Source: Armatimonadota bacterium (lineage in GTDB: Bacteria > Armatimonadota > UBA5829 > DTLH01). From it: 22,692 nt of DNA. Location: positions 1 through 22,692 of the forward strand of contig JBDKSP010000041.1 in the NCBI GenBank assembly GCA_039680575.1, given 5' to 3'. The notes under the pieces are model-generated. The model worked only from the letters and a program-made list of their open reading frames with translations, was not told the origin of the DNA and searched no databases. Both the position numbers and the translations under genes were made by a program. Position 1 is the stretch's first letter. Every line of letters starts with the position of its first letter. Positions 8,493-19,926 of this stretch are shown one piece after another.

Positions 8493-11400
8493 ATGACCAA
8501 CTTTATAGTTACGCAGATCGACTATATCCACTTTCTGAAGGGTATTGCGTTTCTTGTACTTGCGCTGGCCTGTATCTATTCCAAAAACGCAGACAAACCT
8601 CGATTGCCATGGACTTATCTGGCACTCTTTGCGCTGACTCACGCGCTTGGGTCCTGGGTGGGGCTTTTCACTAACTTTCCACGCATCGGAAACGAAGCAC
8701 TGGCTGTGCGGATTTTCATGGTATTGATATCCGTACTGTATCTTGTCGAGTTTGGCAGGGCGGGCACTGTCAGCATGAGTGGCAAAGGTCCCGGCCGCTG
8801 GATACTGATCCCTCTCTTGATAATTACAGCCATCGGCTGCAAAAACAGTTGGCTTGGGCTGGAGATTATGGCCGGACGGATGCTGGCGCCGATTGGCGCG
8901 GTATGGTCATTGACAGTCCTTCTTCTTGCGTATAAAAACTCCACGGGACACGGCAAGATATTTGTCCGGCTTGGGGTGGGATTTTGCATTTGCGGCATCA
9001 TAACAAGTTTGACTGCTCCGGGGTTTCAATACCTTTCGATGATACTTGCAAGCAAAGCGACTACCAGGACCTTTTTTCCATGCATCGTGGATATTCTATT
9101 CGCACTGGCAGCTATTTGTGTGGCAGCGGCAATTAGCTCTTATCCCAAATCCGAATATCTGGCTGGCCGCGGTGCATCAGGCGTACATGAGCGGTTAAGG
9201 ATCGGCAGTTGGGCCGCACTTACCGTAACTATAGTGTTGATATTGGGCTGGTTTTTTACCGCTTACTGGGGGAATTTGAGGAATAAAGAAAGCCGAAGTA
9301 TTCTTATAGCTCGTACCCAGACTGCAGCGTCCGCTATGGAATTCGAGTCGCTCCCAAAGCTCGCGGGCAATAAGTCCGACATGCACAAGAAATATTACTG
9401 GCAGATATACAGGCACTTAAGGTATATAGAACGGGTGAATCCCGATATACACTACTCCTATGTCCTGGGCATACGTAATGGGAAAGTAGTATTTCTAGCC
9501 GATTCCGGAGTTGCCGGCACGGATGACTATATGGTACCGGGAACAGTCTACGAAGATGCTTCTGCTTGGGTTAAGCCGCTATTCGACAGGCCGAGGACAA
9601 TTGCGAAAGGGCCGTACACAGACCGCTGGGGCACATGGGTAACGGGGCTTTCGCCAATATATATGGACAAGGACCACCTTGCAGGGTTTATGTGTTTCGA
9701 TATCAGTGCCGATTCGCTGATGGCTGCCTGCGCGGAACGAAGGCTTTATGCAATTACCATAGTCTTCTTACTTTGCATTATTACAATCACATTCTTTCTG
9801 ATCCTGTACAATACCAGAGAAACCCTGGTTCACACCTTAGCGTCAGAGCGTTATCACCTTGGCCTGGTAGAGTGTTCGCCGAACGGAGTGCTTCTGTTTG
9901 ATAATGAAGGCTACTGCCAGAGCATCAATAAATCAGGATGCAAAAACCTTGGGTGGGTTAATGAGGACATAGTCGGTAAGAAATTGAGTGATATATTCCC
10001 CGATGTCGCCCATCAGGAACTGGATTTTACTACGGAACAGGTGCTGGAGGGAAAACAGCCGACTCTGGAAGTGGATTGCCGCAGGTCCGATGGTTCCCGG
10101 CTGGCGCTCCATATGCAGTTTAACGGCATCGTTAACCCCGATGGAGAAATTCAGCAGTTTGTCGGCATATTCATCGATATAACGAAGCACAAGAAGATCG
10201 AAGAGGAACTGAAGAAAGCAAAAGAGACCGCCGAGTCGGCAAACAGGGCAAAGAGCGAATTTTTAGCCAACATGAGCCATGAAATCAGGACTCCTATGAA
10301 CGGAATCATAGGCATGACTGAACTCGCTCTCGATACCAGCCTTGCGCCTGAGCAGAGGGAATACCTGACGGCTGTAAAGTCCTCCGCGGACTCGCTCCTC
10401 TCGCTCCTGAACGATATTCTGGACTTCTCCAAGATAGAGGCAGGACGGCTGGATATAGATTCGACCGACTTCGACTTGAGAGAGGTCATCGAGAGCACTG
10501 CTACCGCTCTCGCTGTAAGGGCGCACCAGAAGGATCTGGAGCTTTTGTGTGACATTCCACCGGATGTCCCGGCGCTCCTGGTCGGCGATCCAAACCGGCT
10601 GCGGCAGATCCTGGTCAACCTTGTAGGAAATGCTATCAAGTTTACTGAATACGGCGAAGTGGTAGTCCGTGTGGAAACGGAATCGCAGTCGGACGAAGAA
10701 GCTGTGCTGCATCTGTCAGTCCGGGACACGGGGATCGGTATCCCTCAGAATAAGATCGAATCAATATTTGGAGCGTTCGAGCAGGCTGACAGTTCAACGA
10801 CACGCAAATACGGAGGCACGGGGCTGGGTCTTGCCATATCGTCCCGCCTGTCTCAGCTCATGGGCGGCCGTATCTGGGTAGAGAGCACAGTTGGAAAGGG
10901 AAGCACATTCCACTTCAATGTTCATTTCGAGGTTCAAAAATCCGCAACCACCCGCGTTTCAAAACCGGCAGTAGCTCTGGACGGTCTGTCCGTGCTGGTT
11001 GTCGATGATAACGAAACCAATAGAAGAATCCTTCAGGAAATGCTTGCGAACTGGCGGATGTGTCCGACAGTCGCGGACAGTGGCAGTAAGGCGCTTGAGA
11101 TTATGAATGCCGCGAGTGACGACGGCAGACCGTTCGCGCTTGTGCTGCTCGATGTTCAGATGCCTGAGATGGATGGTTTCGCAGTAGCCGAGGCAATTAA
11201 GAGTAGTCCGAAGCTCAAAGAAACAACAATTATGCTGCTGACATCGAGTGACCGCTGCGGCGACGCAAAAAGATGCCGGGAACTTGGAATTGCAGCTCAT
11301 TTGATCAAACCTATAAGGCAGTCGGACCTGATGGACCGGATAATGTCCCTTGTGGACAGTCCCGATATTTCCGAAAGACACACCGAGGAAATCGAAGACT

Positions 11401-12179
11401 GTATGGAGATCCAAAAGCAGGGCAGAACGATCCTTCTGGTGGAGGATAATCTTGTAAACCAGAAGCTGGCGCTTCGTGTCCTGGAAAAAAGCGGACACAG
11501 CGTAACTACTGCCGAAAACGGCGAAGAAACGCTTGCCATCCTGAAAAAATCGAGCTTTGACATTGTGCTGATGGATATCCAGATGCCGGTTATGGATGGT
11601 TTCAAAGCTACGGCCGCGATACGCAGGATGGAAAAAGCCTCAGGAGGACACATACCCATCGTTGCAATGACTGCCCATGCCATGAAAGGCGACCGCGAGC
11701 GCTGCCTGGAAGCCGGTATGGACGATTATCTGATAAAACCGATAAACACGAAGATAATGCTGCAGGTAATCGATAAGCTGGCGCCGGCTGGTCCCCGTAA
11801 TGCTGTCGATGACATATATGTTGGACCCTCCTGTGAGATTATGGATGTCGAAGCGATAATGGAAAGAGTCGGGGGCGACGAGGACCTTTTATCGGAGATA
11901 ACAGACCTGTTTCTCAATGATTATCCGAAACTCATGAATGAGTTAAAGAACGCAATAGACCAGGCCGACAATAAGAGTATAGAGCGCACAGCACACACCC
12001 TTAAGGGCTCTGTCGGTAATTTCACGACCGGAGAAACCTATGAAGCTGCCCTGGTAGTGGAACAGATAGGGTGCGCCGGTAATATGACAGGTGTGGATGA
12101 AGCATACAGGCACCTGGCTAACAGCCTGGAACGACTCAAGTCGGCGCTTTCCCCCTTTGTTCGAAAGGAGGCAGCATGA
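8493..12179 (+). CDS. Membrane hybrid sensor histidine kinase (multi-TM, Cache-like, PAS, HisKA, HATPase, 2xREC, HPt)
   Basis: H-box FLANMSHEIRTPMNGIIG; NLVGNAIKF; DTGIG; GGTGLGL; REC motifs LDVQMP and MDIQMP; HPt AHTLKGS. Confidence 0.96.
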   Translation: MTNFIVTQIDYIHFLKGIAFLVLALACIYSKNADKPRLPWTYLALFALTHALGSWVGLFTNFPRIGNEALAVRIFMVLISVLYLVEFGRAGTVSMSGKGPGRWILIPLLIITAIGCKNSWLGLEIMAGRMLAPIGAVWSLTVLLLAYKNSTGHGKIFVRLGVGFCICGIITSLTAPGFQYLSMILASKATTRTFFPCIVDILFALAAICVAAAISSYPKSEYLAGRGASGVHERLRIGSWAALTVTIVLILGWFFTAYWGNLRNKESRSILIARTQTAASAMEFESLPKLAGNKSDMHKKYYWQIYRHLRYIERVNPDIHYSYVLGIRNGKVVFLADSGVAGTDDYMVPGTVYEDASAWVKPLFDRPRTIAKGPYTDRWGTWVTGLSPIYMDKDHLAGFMCFDISADSLMAACAERRLYAITIVFLLCIITITFFLILYNTRETLVHTLASERYHLGLVECSPNGVLLFDNEGYCQSINKSGCKNLGWVNEDIVGKKLSDIFPDVAHQELDFTTEQVLEGKQPTLEVDCRRSDGSRLALHMQFNGIVNPDGEIQQFVGIFIDITKHKKIEEELKKAKETAESANRAKSEFLANMSHEIRTPMNGIIGMTELALDTSLAPEQREYLTAVKSSADSLLSLLNDILDFSKIEAGRLDIDSTDFDLREVIESTATALAVRAHQKDLELLCDIPPDVPALLVGDPNRLRQILVNLVGNAIKFTEYGEVVVRVETESQSDEEAVLHLSVRDTGIGIPQNKIESIFGAFEQADSSTTRKYGGTGLGLAISSRLSQLMGGRIWVESTVGKGSTFHFNVHFEVQKSATTRVSKPAVALDGLSVLVVDDNETNRRILQEMLANWRMCPTVADSGSKALEIMNAASDDGRPFALVLLDVQMPEMDGFAVAEAIKSSPKLKETTIMLLTSSDRCGDAKRCRELGIAAHLIKPIRQSDLMDRIMSLVDSPDISERHTEEIEDCMEIQKQGRTILLVEDNLVNQKLALRVLEKSGHSVTTAENGEETLAILKKSSFDIVLMDIQMPVMDGFKATAAIRRMEKASGGHIPIVAMTAHAMKGDRERCLEAGMDDYLIKPINTKIMLQVIDKLAPAGPRNAVDDIYVGPSCEIMDVEAIMERVGGDEDLLSEITDLFLNDYPKLMNELKNAIDQADNKSIERTAHTLKGSVGNFTTGETYEAALVVEQIGCAGNMTGVDEAYRHLANSLERLKSALSPFVRKEAA

Positions 12180-13906
12180 GAGTCCTGATAGCTGAGGATG
12201 ACATTGTTTCCCGCAAGCTGCTTGCGACATTACTGGAAAAATGGGGATACGAACCTGTAGTTGCATGCGATGGAGAGCAGGCTCTGGCGGTACTCCGGCG
12301 CGAGGACACTCCCCGGCTGGTAGTACTCGACTGGATGATGCCTTACGCGGATGGTATACAGGTGTGCCAGGAGATCAGACGACATGGAGATATACCTTAT
12401 ATCTATGTCATCCTGCTTACAGCCAAGAGCAGCAAGAAGGACATAATCGACGGCTTGGATGCAGGCGCGGACGATTATGTCATGAAGCCGTTTGACGCGG
12501 GCGAGCTCAAGGTGCGGCTGCGTGCCGGGCAACGGATACTCGATCTGCAGGAGGAACTCCTTTCGACCAAAGTAGCGCTTCATGAGCAGGCAACACACGA
12601 CCCGCTCATCGGGCTTCCGAACAGGCTCCTGTTCAGCGACCGGCTGAACCAGGGGCTTTCCAATGCGCGGAAAACAGGGCGTCCACTCGCTATCATGTTC
12701 CTCGACCTGGACCGGTTCAAGCTGGTAAATGACACTCTCGGTCATAACACGGGCGATCTTCTGCTCAAAAAGGTCGCGGAGCGGCTCACGTACTCGCTAA
12801 GGGATGTCGATATGATTGCCAGGATGGGCGGCGACGAATTCACGATGCTGCTATCGAATATCAGCTCGCCTGATGATGCGTCCAGAATCGCTGACCGTAT
12901 ACTTCAAGTCCTTTCAGAACCGCTTGTGCTCGAAGGCCATGAAATGGTTGTCTCCGGAAGTATAGGGATCAGCATATTTCCAGCGGATGGAGATGATGCC
13001 GAGACACTCGTGAAAAATGCGGATACAGCGATGTACCGCGCAAAGGAAATGGGCAGAAACAACTACCAGTTCTACACAGAGACGCTGAACATGGCTGTTC
13101 TCAAACGCATGACTCTTGAAAACAGCCTGCGGAAGGCGCTGGAACGCGAGGAGTTTGTGGTCCATTATCAACCGAGGGTAAACGTTAATGACGGCGAGAT
13201 CATGGGGATGGAAGCGCTCATCAGATGGCAGAAGCCTGAGTCCGGGCTTGTGTATCCCGCGCAATTCATCCCGCTGGCTGAGGAAACAGGGTTGATCGTC
13301 CAGATCGGGGAATGGGTGCTGAGGACAGCCTGTGTTCAGAACAGGAAATGGCATGACGCGGGACTGGCCGCGCTCCCTGTTGCAGTTAACATCTCTGCTC
13401 GACAGTTCCACCAGAATGACCTGGTATGGGTCGTGAAAGACGCTCTTAAGTCAGCCGGCCTTGAACCGCGCTACCTGGAACTGGAACTGACCGAAAGCGC
13501 ACTTATGCACAACACTGATCAGGCTGTAAGGGCGCTCAACGAGCTGAGGGAACTGGGTGTTCGAATATCCCTGGACGACTTCGGGATCGGCCATTCGTCT
13601 CTTGGTTACCTGAAGCGCTTCCCTGTAAATACCGTCAAGATAGACCAATCGTTCGTGAGAGACATTACCACGGACCCGGACGATGCGGCGATAGCGGGAG
13701 CGGTCGTTGCGATGGCTCACAGCCTCAAGCTGAATGTAATAGCTGAAGGAGTAGAAACACTTCAGCAGCTTGAGTTTTTACGGTCGCTCAATTGTGATGA
13801 GATGCAGGGTTACTTCGTCAGCAGGCCGATTCCTCCTGATGAGTTCCTGCAGTTTTTGAATAAACCGAATCATCTACTCTGTATGGTTGATAGCGAGGCG
13901 GCATGA
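12176..13906 (+). CDS. REC-GGDEF-EAL diguanylate cyclase/phosphodiesterase
   Basis: REC LDWMMP; I-site RDVD five residues before GGDEF; EALIRW, DDFGIGHSS, EGVE; ATGA overlap with the kinase stop. Confidence 0.96.
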   Translation: MRVLIAEDDIVSRKLLATLLEKWGYEPVVACDGEQALAVLRREDTPRLVVLDWMMPYADGIQVCQEIRRHGDIPYIYVILLTAKSSKKDIIDGLDAGADDYVMKPFDAGELKVRLRAGQRILDLQEELLSTKVALHEQATHDPLIGLPNRLLFSDRLNQGLSNARKTGRPLAIMFLDLDRFKLVNDTLGHNTGDLLLKKVAERLTYSLRDVDMIARMGGDEFTMLLSNISSPDDASRIADRILQVLSEPLVLEGHEMVVSGSIGISIFPADGDDAETLVKNADTAMYRAKEMGRNNYQFYTETLNMAVLKRMTLENSLRKALEREEFVVHYQPRVNVNDGEIMGMEALIRWQKPESGLVYPAQFIPLAEETGLIVQIGEWVLRTACVQNRKWHDAGLAALPVAVNISARQFHQNDLVWVVKDALKSAGLEPRYLELELTESALMHNTDQAVRALNELRELGVRISLDDFGIGHSSLGYLKRFPVNTVKIDQSFVRDITTDPDDAAIAGAVVAMAHSLKLNVIAEGVETLQQLEFLRSLNCDEMQGYFVSRPIPPDEFLQFLNKPNHLLCMVDSEAA

Positions 13907-13907
13907 T

Positions 13908-14762
13908 ATGGAATTGACTACGATAGAAAATGAAAACAGGACAGAGTTAATGTCGCTTGAGCTAACTCAAGCGCAGTTCGAGAGAATCAGCTCGGTAGTA
14001 TACAAGCTGTGCAGGATCAACCTGCATCTCGGCAAGGAAGTACTGGTAAAGGCGAGGCTTGCGAAGCGCCTGCGGCTGCTTGGAATGAGCAATTTCGAGG
14101 AGTATATGGACTATCTGGAGCGCGATAAATCAGGTAAAGAACTGTCCATAATGATCGATTCGCTGACCACCAACAAGACCAGCTTCTTCAGGGAGTCACA
14201 GCACTTCGAATACCTCCAGCGGCATCTACTGCCGTCACTTAAGGCTGAGAGCAACAGGATCAGAATATGGAGCGCGGGATGTTCATCCGGCGAAGAACCA
14301 TATACGCTTTCCGTCGTCATCAGAGAAACATTTCCTGATGTAGATAGAATGGATGTGCGTATACTCGCTACGGATATCTCCTCTAAAGTGCTCGATACAG
14401 CTAAAGAAGCACTCTACAACAAGGATACGCTGAAGGATGTTCCTCCTGACATGGTGAGGAAGTATTTCACCTGCACGCAGACTAAACCCATGCGTATTTA
14501 CAAGGTAAATGACAATGCAAGGTCGATGATTCGATTTGCCAGACTCAATCTCATGGACCAGTGGCCTATGAGTGGGCCATTTGATGTGATCTTCTGCCGG
14601 AATGTCATGATCTATTTCGACAAGCCGACCCAGCAGGAATTGGTCCGCCGTTATTGGGAGATGTTAAGGCCGGGAGGTCATCTATTCGTCGGGCATTCCG
14701 AGAGTCTTACAGCCACCTCGCATCAGTTCAAGTATGTGCAGCCAGCGGTTTATATAAAGTAA
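13908..14762 (+). CDS. cheR: Chemotaxis methyltransferase CheR
   Basis: LTTNKTSFFRE, IWSAGCSSGEEPY, ATDIS, IFCRNVMIYF, GHSE. Start set at ATG 13908, just after the upstream stop. Confidence 0.96.
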   Translation: MELTTIENENRTELMSLELTQAQFERISSVVYKLCRINLHLGKEVLVKARLAKRLRLLGMSNFEEYMDYLERDKSGKELSIMIDSLTTNKTSFFRESQHFEYLQRHLLPSLKAESNRIRIWSAGCSSGEEPYTLSVVIRETFPDVDRMDVRILATDISSKVLDTAKEALYNKDTLKDVPPDMVRKYFTCTQTKPMRIYKVNDNARSMIRFARLNLMDQWPMSGPFDVIFCRNVMIYFDKPTQQELVRRYWEMLRPGGHLFVGHSESLTATSHQFKYVQPAVYIK

Positions 14763-14775
14763 TACCGAATATATA

Positions 14776-14808
14776 AGAGTCTCGGGTGTGAGATATACCT
14801 GAGACTCT
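14776..14808. other. Hairpin after cheR overlapping repeat A copy 2
   Basis: AGAGTCTCGGGTGTG-AGA-TATACCTGAGACTCT forms a 15-bp stem including G-U pairs. Confidence 0.65.
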
Positions 14809-14836
14809 CCAAGAGATTTTTGGCGATGGCCGGTAT
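14794..14836 (+). repeat. Structured dispersed repeat A, copy 2
   Basis: TATACCTGAGACTCTCCAAGAGATTTTTGGCGATGGCCGGTAT aligns with 8292-8335. Confidence 0.75.
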
Positions 14837-14857
14837 AAGGTCAGGCAAAAACCTAGA

Positions 14858-14910
14858 GAGTTTTGGCTTGAGACATAATGCATATTTGCTCACATCAACT
14901 GCCAAAACTC
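14858..14910 (+). repeat. Structured dispersed repeat B, copy 1
   Basis: GAGTTTTGG...ACATCAACTGCCAAAACTC; the last 19 nt are identical to 20582-20600. Confidence 0.75.
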
Positions 14911-14926
14911 AATAAAGGAGTAAAAC

Positions 14927-15409
14927 GTGAAATATATAGTAGGTGTTGCCGACATGAAGATTTCCGGCGATGCAGGAGATCAGATAGTGACCCATGCCCT
15001 GGGGAGCTGTCTGGGAATCACTGTATATGATCCGGTTGCCAAAGTGGGCGGACTGCTGCATGTAATGCTGCCGCTTTCGACGATTGATTCGGAGAAAGCC
15101 AAAGCTAACCCATACATGTTTGTCGACACAGGCGTACCCAGGCTATTCCTGGACAGCTACAAAGCCGGAGCAGCAAAGCAGCGGCTGATAGTCAAGGTAG
15201 CAGGAGGCGCTTGCCTGCATGGCTCTGATAAAGATGATTACTTTCAGATCGGCAAAAGAAACTTCATTATGTTGAGAAAACTTTTATGGAAAAATGGTGT
15301 GCTCCTGAAGGCCGAAGAAGTCGGAGGCTCCGATTCGAGGACACTGTCCCTGGACATTGATACCGGAGAGGTAACTATCCGGGCTAACGGCGGCATTAGG
15401 ACGCTCTAG
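14927..15409 (+). CDS. cheD: Chemoreceptor glutamine deamidase CheD
   Basis: ALGSCLG, GGLLHVMLP, KVAGGA, IGKRN, EEVGG..SR; AAGGAG RBS and GTG start. Confidence 0.95.
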   Translation: MKYIVGVADMKISGDAGDQIVTHALGSCLGITVYDPVAKVGGLLHVMLPLSTIDSEKAKANPYMFVDTGVPRLFLDSYKAGAAKQRLIVKVAGGACLHGSDKDDYFQIGKRNFIMLRKLLWKNGVLLKAEEVGGSDSRTLSLDIDTGEVTIRANGGIRTL

Positions 15410-15816
15410 CGTCTGAATCGGAAAGGAAATGGATCAGCATATGGCGCTCAATATTTTGGTGGTAGATGATAGTCTGGTAATGCGCACTATGATTATAAAA
15501 ACCCTTCGTCTGAGCGGATTGGAACTCGGCGAGATATATCAGGCTTCGAACGGGCAGGAGGGTCTGCGGGTCCTGGAAGACAACTGGGTGGACCTTGCTC
15601 TGGTCGATATCAACATGCCTGTGATGAGCGGAGAAGAGATGATCGACAAGGTAAGACAGGACCCGGGAATATCGGACCTTCCGGTGGTAGTCGTATCCAC
15701 CGAAAGCAGCGAGACCCGCATAGAGATGCTCCAGAAAAAGGGAGCGGAGTTCGTGCATAAACCATTCACACCGGAGATTCTCCGGGAGACTATTACGGGC
15801 GTTACGGGGGTTACAA

Positions 15817-17326
<1,510 letters not shown>

Positions 17327-17329
17327 CAG

Positions 17330-18057
17330 CTATTCAGGCAGTAGTGGTTCGGGAATTGAGGATGGCTCTCTTGTTGTCCGGGATGAGAGCCATACCTCAA
17401 ACGCGAGCCGCGCTCTGTCCAGCCCCCATATTATGAATGCAGAAGCGAATGAGATCCCCGAATAGAATTCAGCCAGCTCTTCAAGACCTCTGGTAATGGT
17501 GGCGCTAAACGCCATGTAATCCAGCCAACCGGCAAAGATCAGCAGAACGACTCCAGCAGCATAGTATTTGAGAGTTCGTTTTACCGGCAACAACTCCATC
17601 ACTAGGAATATCATGAACAAAAGTGAAATAGTCCCTTAAGCAAGGACAAAGAGATCATCCGGTTTTACAATGTAGAGCTGGTGGTACCAGGAGATCTGTC
17701 CAGAAGATGCCCGAGCCTTTCGTGGTACATGAGCATTTCATCGCATGCAGCATACAAAAAACCAAGGAAAGCGACAAACCACAGCCACGGGTGGCGGACC
17801 CTGCCGGTTCCATTCTTTTTATGGTACCTGGCGATATGCAGGCAGGCATAGGCCGCAACTGCAGCAATAAAGTAGAACAACGAAGCTCCGTAGGTGAATG
17901 TGGTCTCCTCCTGATCCCAGTCTGAATAGTAATAGGGCCCCTTGAACGCTGTAGTTATCGCCAAGAGCGCGCCTGCCACGTAAAGCGTTAAAATTAACAC
18001 ATTGCTGAACCTCTGTACTGCCCCGTCAATGTCCTGATTTATCTCATGCAGTACCAT
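17330..18057 (-). pseudogene. Disrupted multi-pass membrane protein (DE..HE and EE..E motifs)
   Basis: ORFs 17665-18057 and 17330-17620 join through a 1-nt frameshift near 17690 and an in-frame TAA at 17636-17638. Confidence 0.7.
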
Positions 18058-18228
18058 GCCAGATCATCCTCTCTTTGCTGTATACTGAAGGTAAATGTAA
18101 CATGGCTTTACCCGCATAAAAGATTATAATAACTCGACTGAAGAATAATCATGGTTGATGGTTAAAGCCTATATCCGCTGGGTAAAACTCATCATAAGAA
18201 AAGTTAAGCTTGTTAAGGAGGAACTGGA

Positions 18229-18855
18229 ATGACACATGTGCTGCCTCCACTTCCATATGATTACGATGCGCTGGAGCCGTATTACAGCGAAGAGATTCTG
18301 ACTCTACACCACGACAAACACCATGAAGCTTACGTCACCGGACTCAATGCCGCCGAGGAGAAAATCCAGGCGATGCTGCGGTCCAGCGATTTCCCAAATG
18401 CGAGGGCGGTCGCAGGTGACCTTGCCTTCAATGGCTCGGGACACATCCTGCACTCGATCTTCTGGACCAATATGAAAGAAGACGGGGGAGGCGACCCTAC
18501 CGGTGAGCTGGCCGATGCGATCAACAGGAATTTCGGCAGTTTTGACGATTTCAAGGGGTTATTCCTAGCGACATCTAATGCGATTCAAGGGTCCGGATGG
18601 GGAATTCTGGCATACCGGGCGATGGACAACGCGCTAGTAGTGCTCGGAGCCGAAAAACACGAGAATTTGACCCAGTGGGGCGTTCAGCCGGTCCTCGTGC
18701 TCGATGTATGGGAACATGCCTACTATTTACAATATCGGAACCGCCGGTCGGACTTCACAAAGGCGTTCATGGAGCACCTGGTAAACTGGGAGAACGCAGC
18801 AGAGCGCTACACAGCCGCAAAACATGGAAAGCTGCTGTCAGCTGCCAGCTTCTGA
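18229..18855 (+). CDS. sod: Fe/Mn superoxide dismutase
   Basis: LPPLPYDYDALEP, HHDKHH, GHILHSIFW, GSGW, DVWEHAYY; AAGGAGG RBS. Confidence 0.97.
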   Translation: MTHVLPPLPYDYDALEPYYSEEILTLHHDKHHEAYVTGLNAAEEKIQAMLRSSDFPNARAVAGDLAFNGSGHILHSIFWTNMKEDGGGDPTGELADAINRNFGSFDDFKGLFLATSNAIQGSGWGILAYRAMDNALVVLGAEKHENLTQWGVQPVLVLDVWEHAYYLQYRNRRSDFTKAFMEHLVNWENAAERYTAAKHGKLLSAASF

Positions 18856-18961
18856 ACCTCTAATTTAACGAATTGCGTGAATGGTGGAGACTTAAGCATC
18901 TACAGAGAAACCCTTAAATCTCCACCAATCCCTTTTTGCGTAATTCGCAATTCAGAACCTG

Positions 18962-18993
18962 ATAGCTGATGGCTGACTGCTGTCAGCTATTTT
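18962..18993. terminator. Hairpin between convergent genes, possible terminator
   Basis: ATAGCTGATGGC-TGACT-GCTGTCAGCTAT followed by TTT. Confidence 0.45.
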
Positions 18994-18995
18994 CC

Positions 18996-19679
18996 TTACA
19001 TCGACTCCAGGATGGTCAACTCGTTTCGCACTTCCCGGACACCAAGGGTCTGAGATGCCGCCCGGTTTGCGGCCTCCCATTCACGCGAGGTCCTTACAAT
19101 CCCGCGAAGCGTTACCGAACCCTGCTGTACGTGAACATTTATCCGGTCATCTTCGATCTCATCGTCGATCTCGAGCGCCTTAATAATATCTTCCGTAAGC
19201 TGATCGTCCGAGCGAAAAAGACCGGCGGCTGGTTCGACCCTGGACGGCTGTGCTTCTTTTGCCTCTGCAGGGGCGTTGCTGGTCTGCCAGAGCACTCGTA
19301 TGTCATCCGGGAGTTGATGCTCTATTGACTGCTGCGCTCCCCGTGTGAGCTGCTCCTTCATAGTCATGAAGACAGCGCGGACCACCGCTTCGGCATGGTC
19401 TGCGTTCGCTAGACGGGCTCTACTCTGTACTCGCCCAAGGAACTCGTTCAGAGCCATCCGGTCTACTCCTGTGAAAGAGCGGGTAACATGCTCCGCCAGA
19501 CCGCTTTCCCAAAGCTCCCGTATCTCCTTAGGCAACTGCTCCGCGGCATTATCACCGCCCGCATGCGATATTCGAGCTCGGAGCGCCCCAAAGACGGCGT
19601 CAATCGCCTGCCGAGCCCTTTCGTTATCCTCTAGACCTGCCCGCAACCTAACTTTTTTCAGAAATTCATCCGTCTGCAT
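18996..19679 (-). CDS. DUF2267-like domain + BON domain protein
   Basis: Duplicated EFL..V..RA...AVF..L...QLP..IR.LW unit; C-terminal SDDQL...INVHVQQGSVTLRG.V...GVREVRNEL (BON); GGAGGGAG RBS. Confidence 0.82.
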   Translation of the reverse strand: MQTDEFLKKVRLRAGLEDNERARQAIDAVFGALRARISHAGGDNAAEQLPKEIRELWESGLAEHVTRSFTGVDRMALNEFLGRVQSRARLANADHAEAVVRAVFMTMKEQLTRGAQQSIEHQLPDDIRVLWQTSNAPAEAKEAQPSRVEPAAGLFRSDDQLTEDIIKALEIDDEIEDDRINVHVQQGSVTLRGIVRTSREWEAANRAASQTLGVREVRNELTILESM

Positions 19680-19926
19680 CTGTTATCTCCCTCCAGAACG
19701 CACCCGGATTCATTATTTCCGTTCTACCACCAGTTCCTAACGCAAGAAGGTGGTCATCGCTGGAAATAAGGTAATCCGCATCCGCCGATACGGCGCAAAC
19801 GAGGAATTTCATGGAGTTGGCAACTTTGTACAGCCAAGAGTCCCCGCAGCATACATCACATTTGCCATAGATTTGGGATGCACCCGTTCCCTTGCTTGTG
19901 ACTGCTCAGGAGGCGCGATATAATAA

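Noticed and set aside
14822..14840. GGCGATGG as the start of a fluoride riboswitch
   Set aside because: The downstream pairing and the GCUAAUGA..CUAC element are absent.
14844..14905. GGCAAA...CTGCCAA as a c-di-GMP-I (GEMM) or c-di-GMP-II riboswitch
   Set aside because: Lacks the GAAA-tetraloop stem with GACGCAAA (class I) and the GGCACUU/AGUAGUG elements (class II). Kept only as unexplained repeat B.
18116..18132. PerR/Fur box upstream of sod
   Set aside because: Only one half-site (ATTATAA) matches, in AT-rich DNA.
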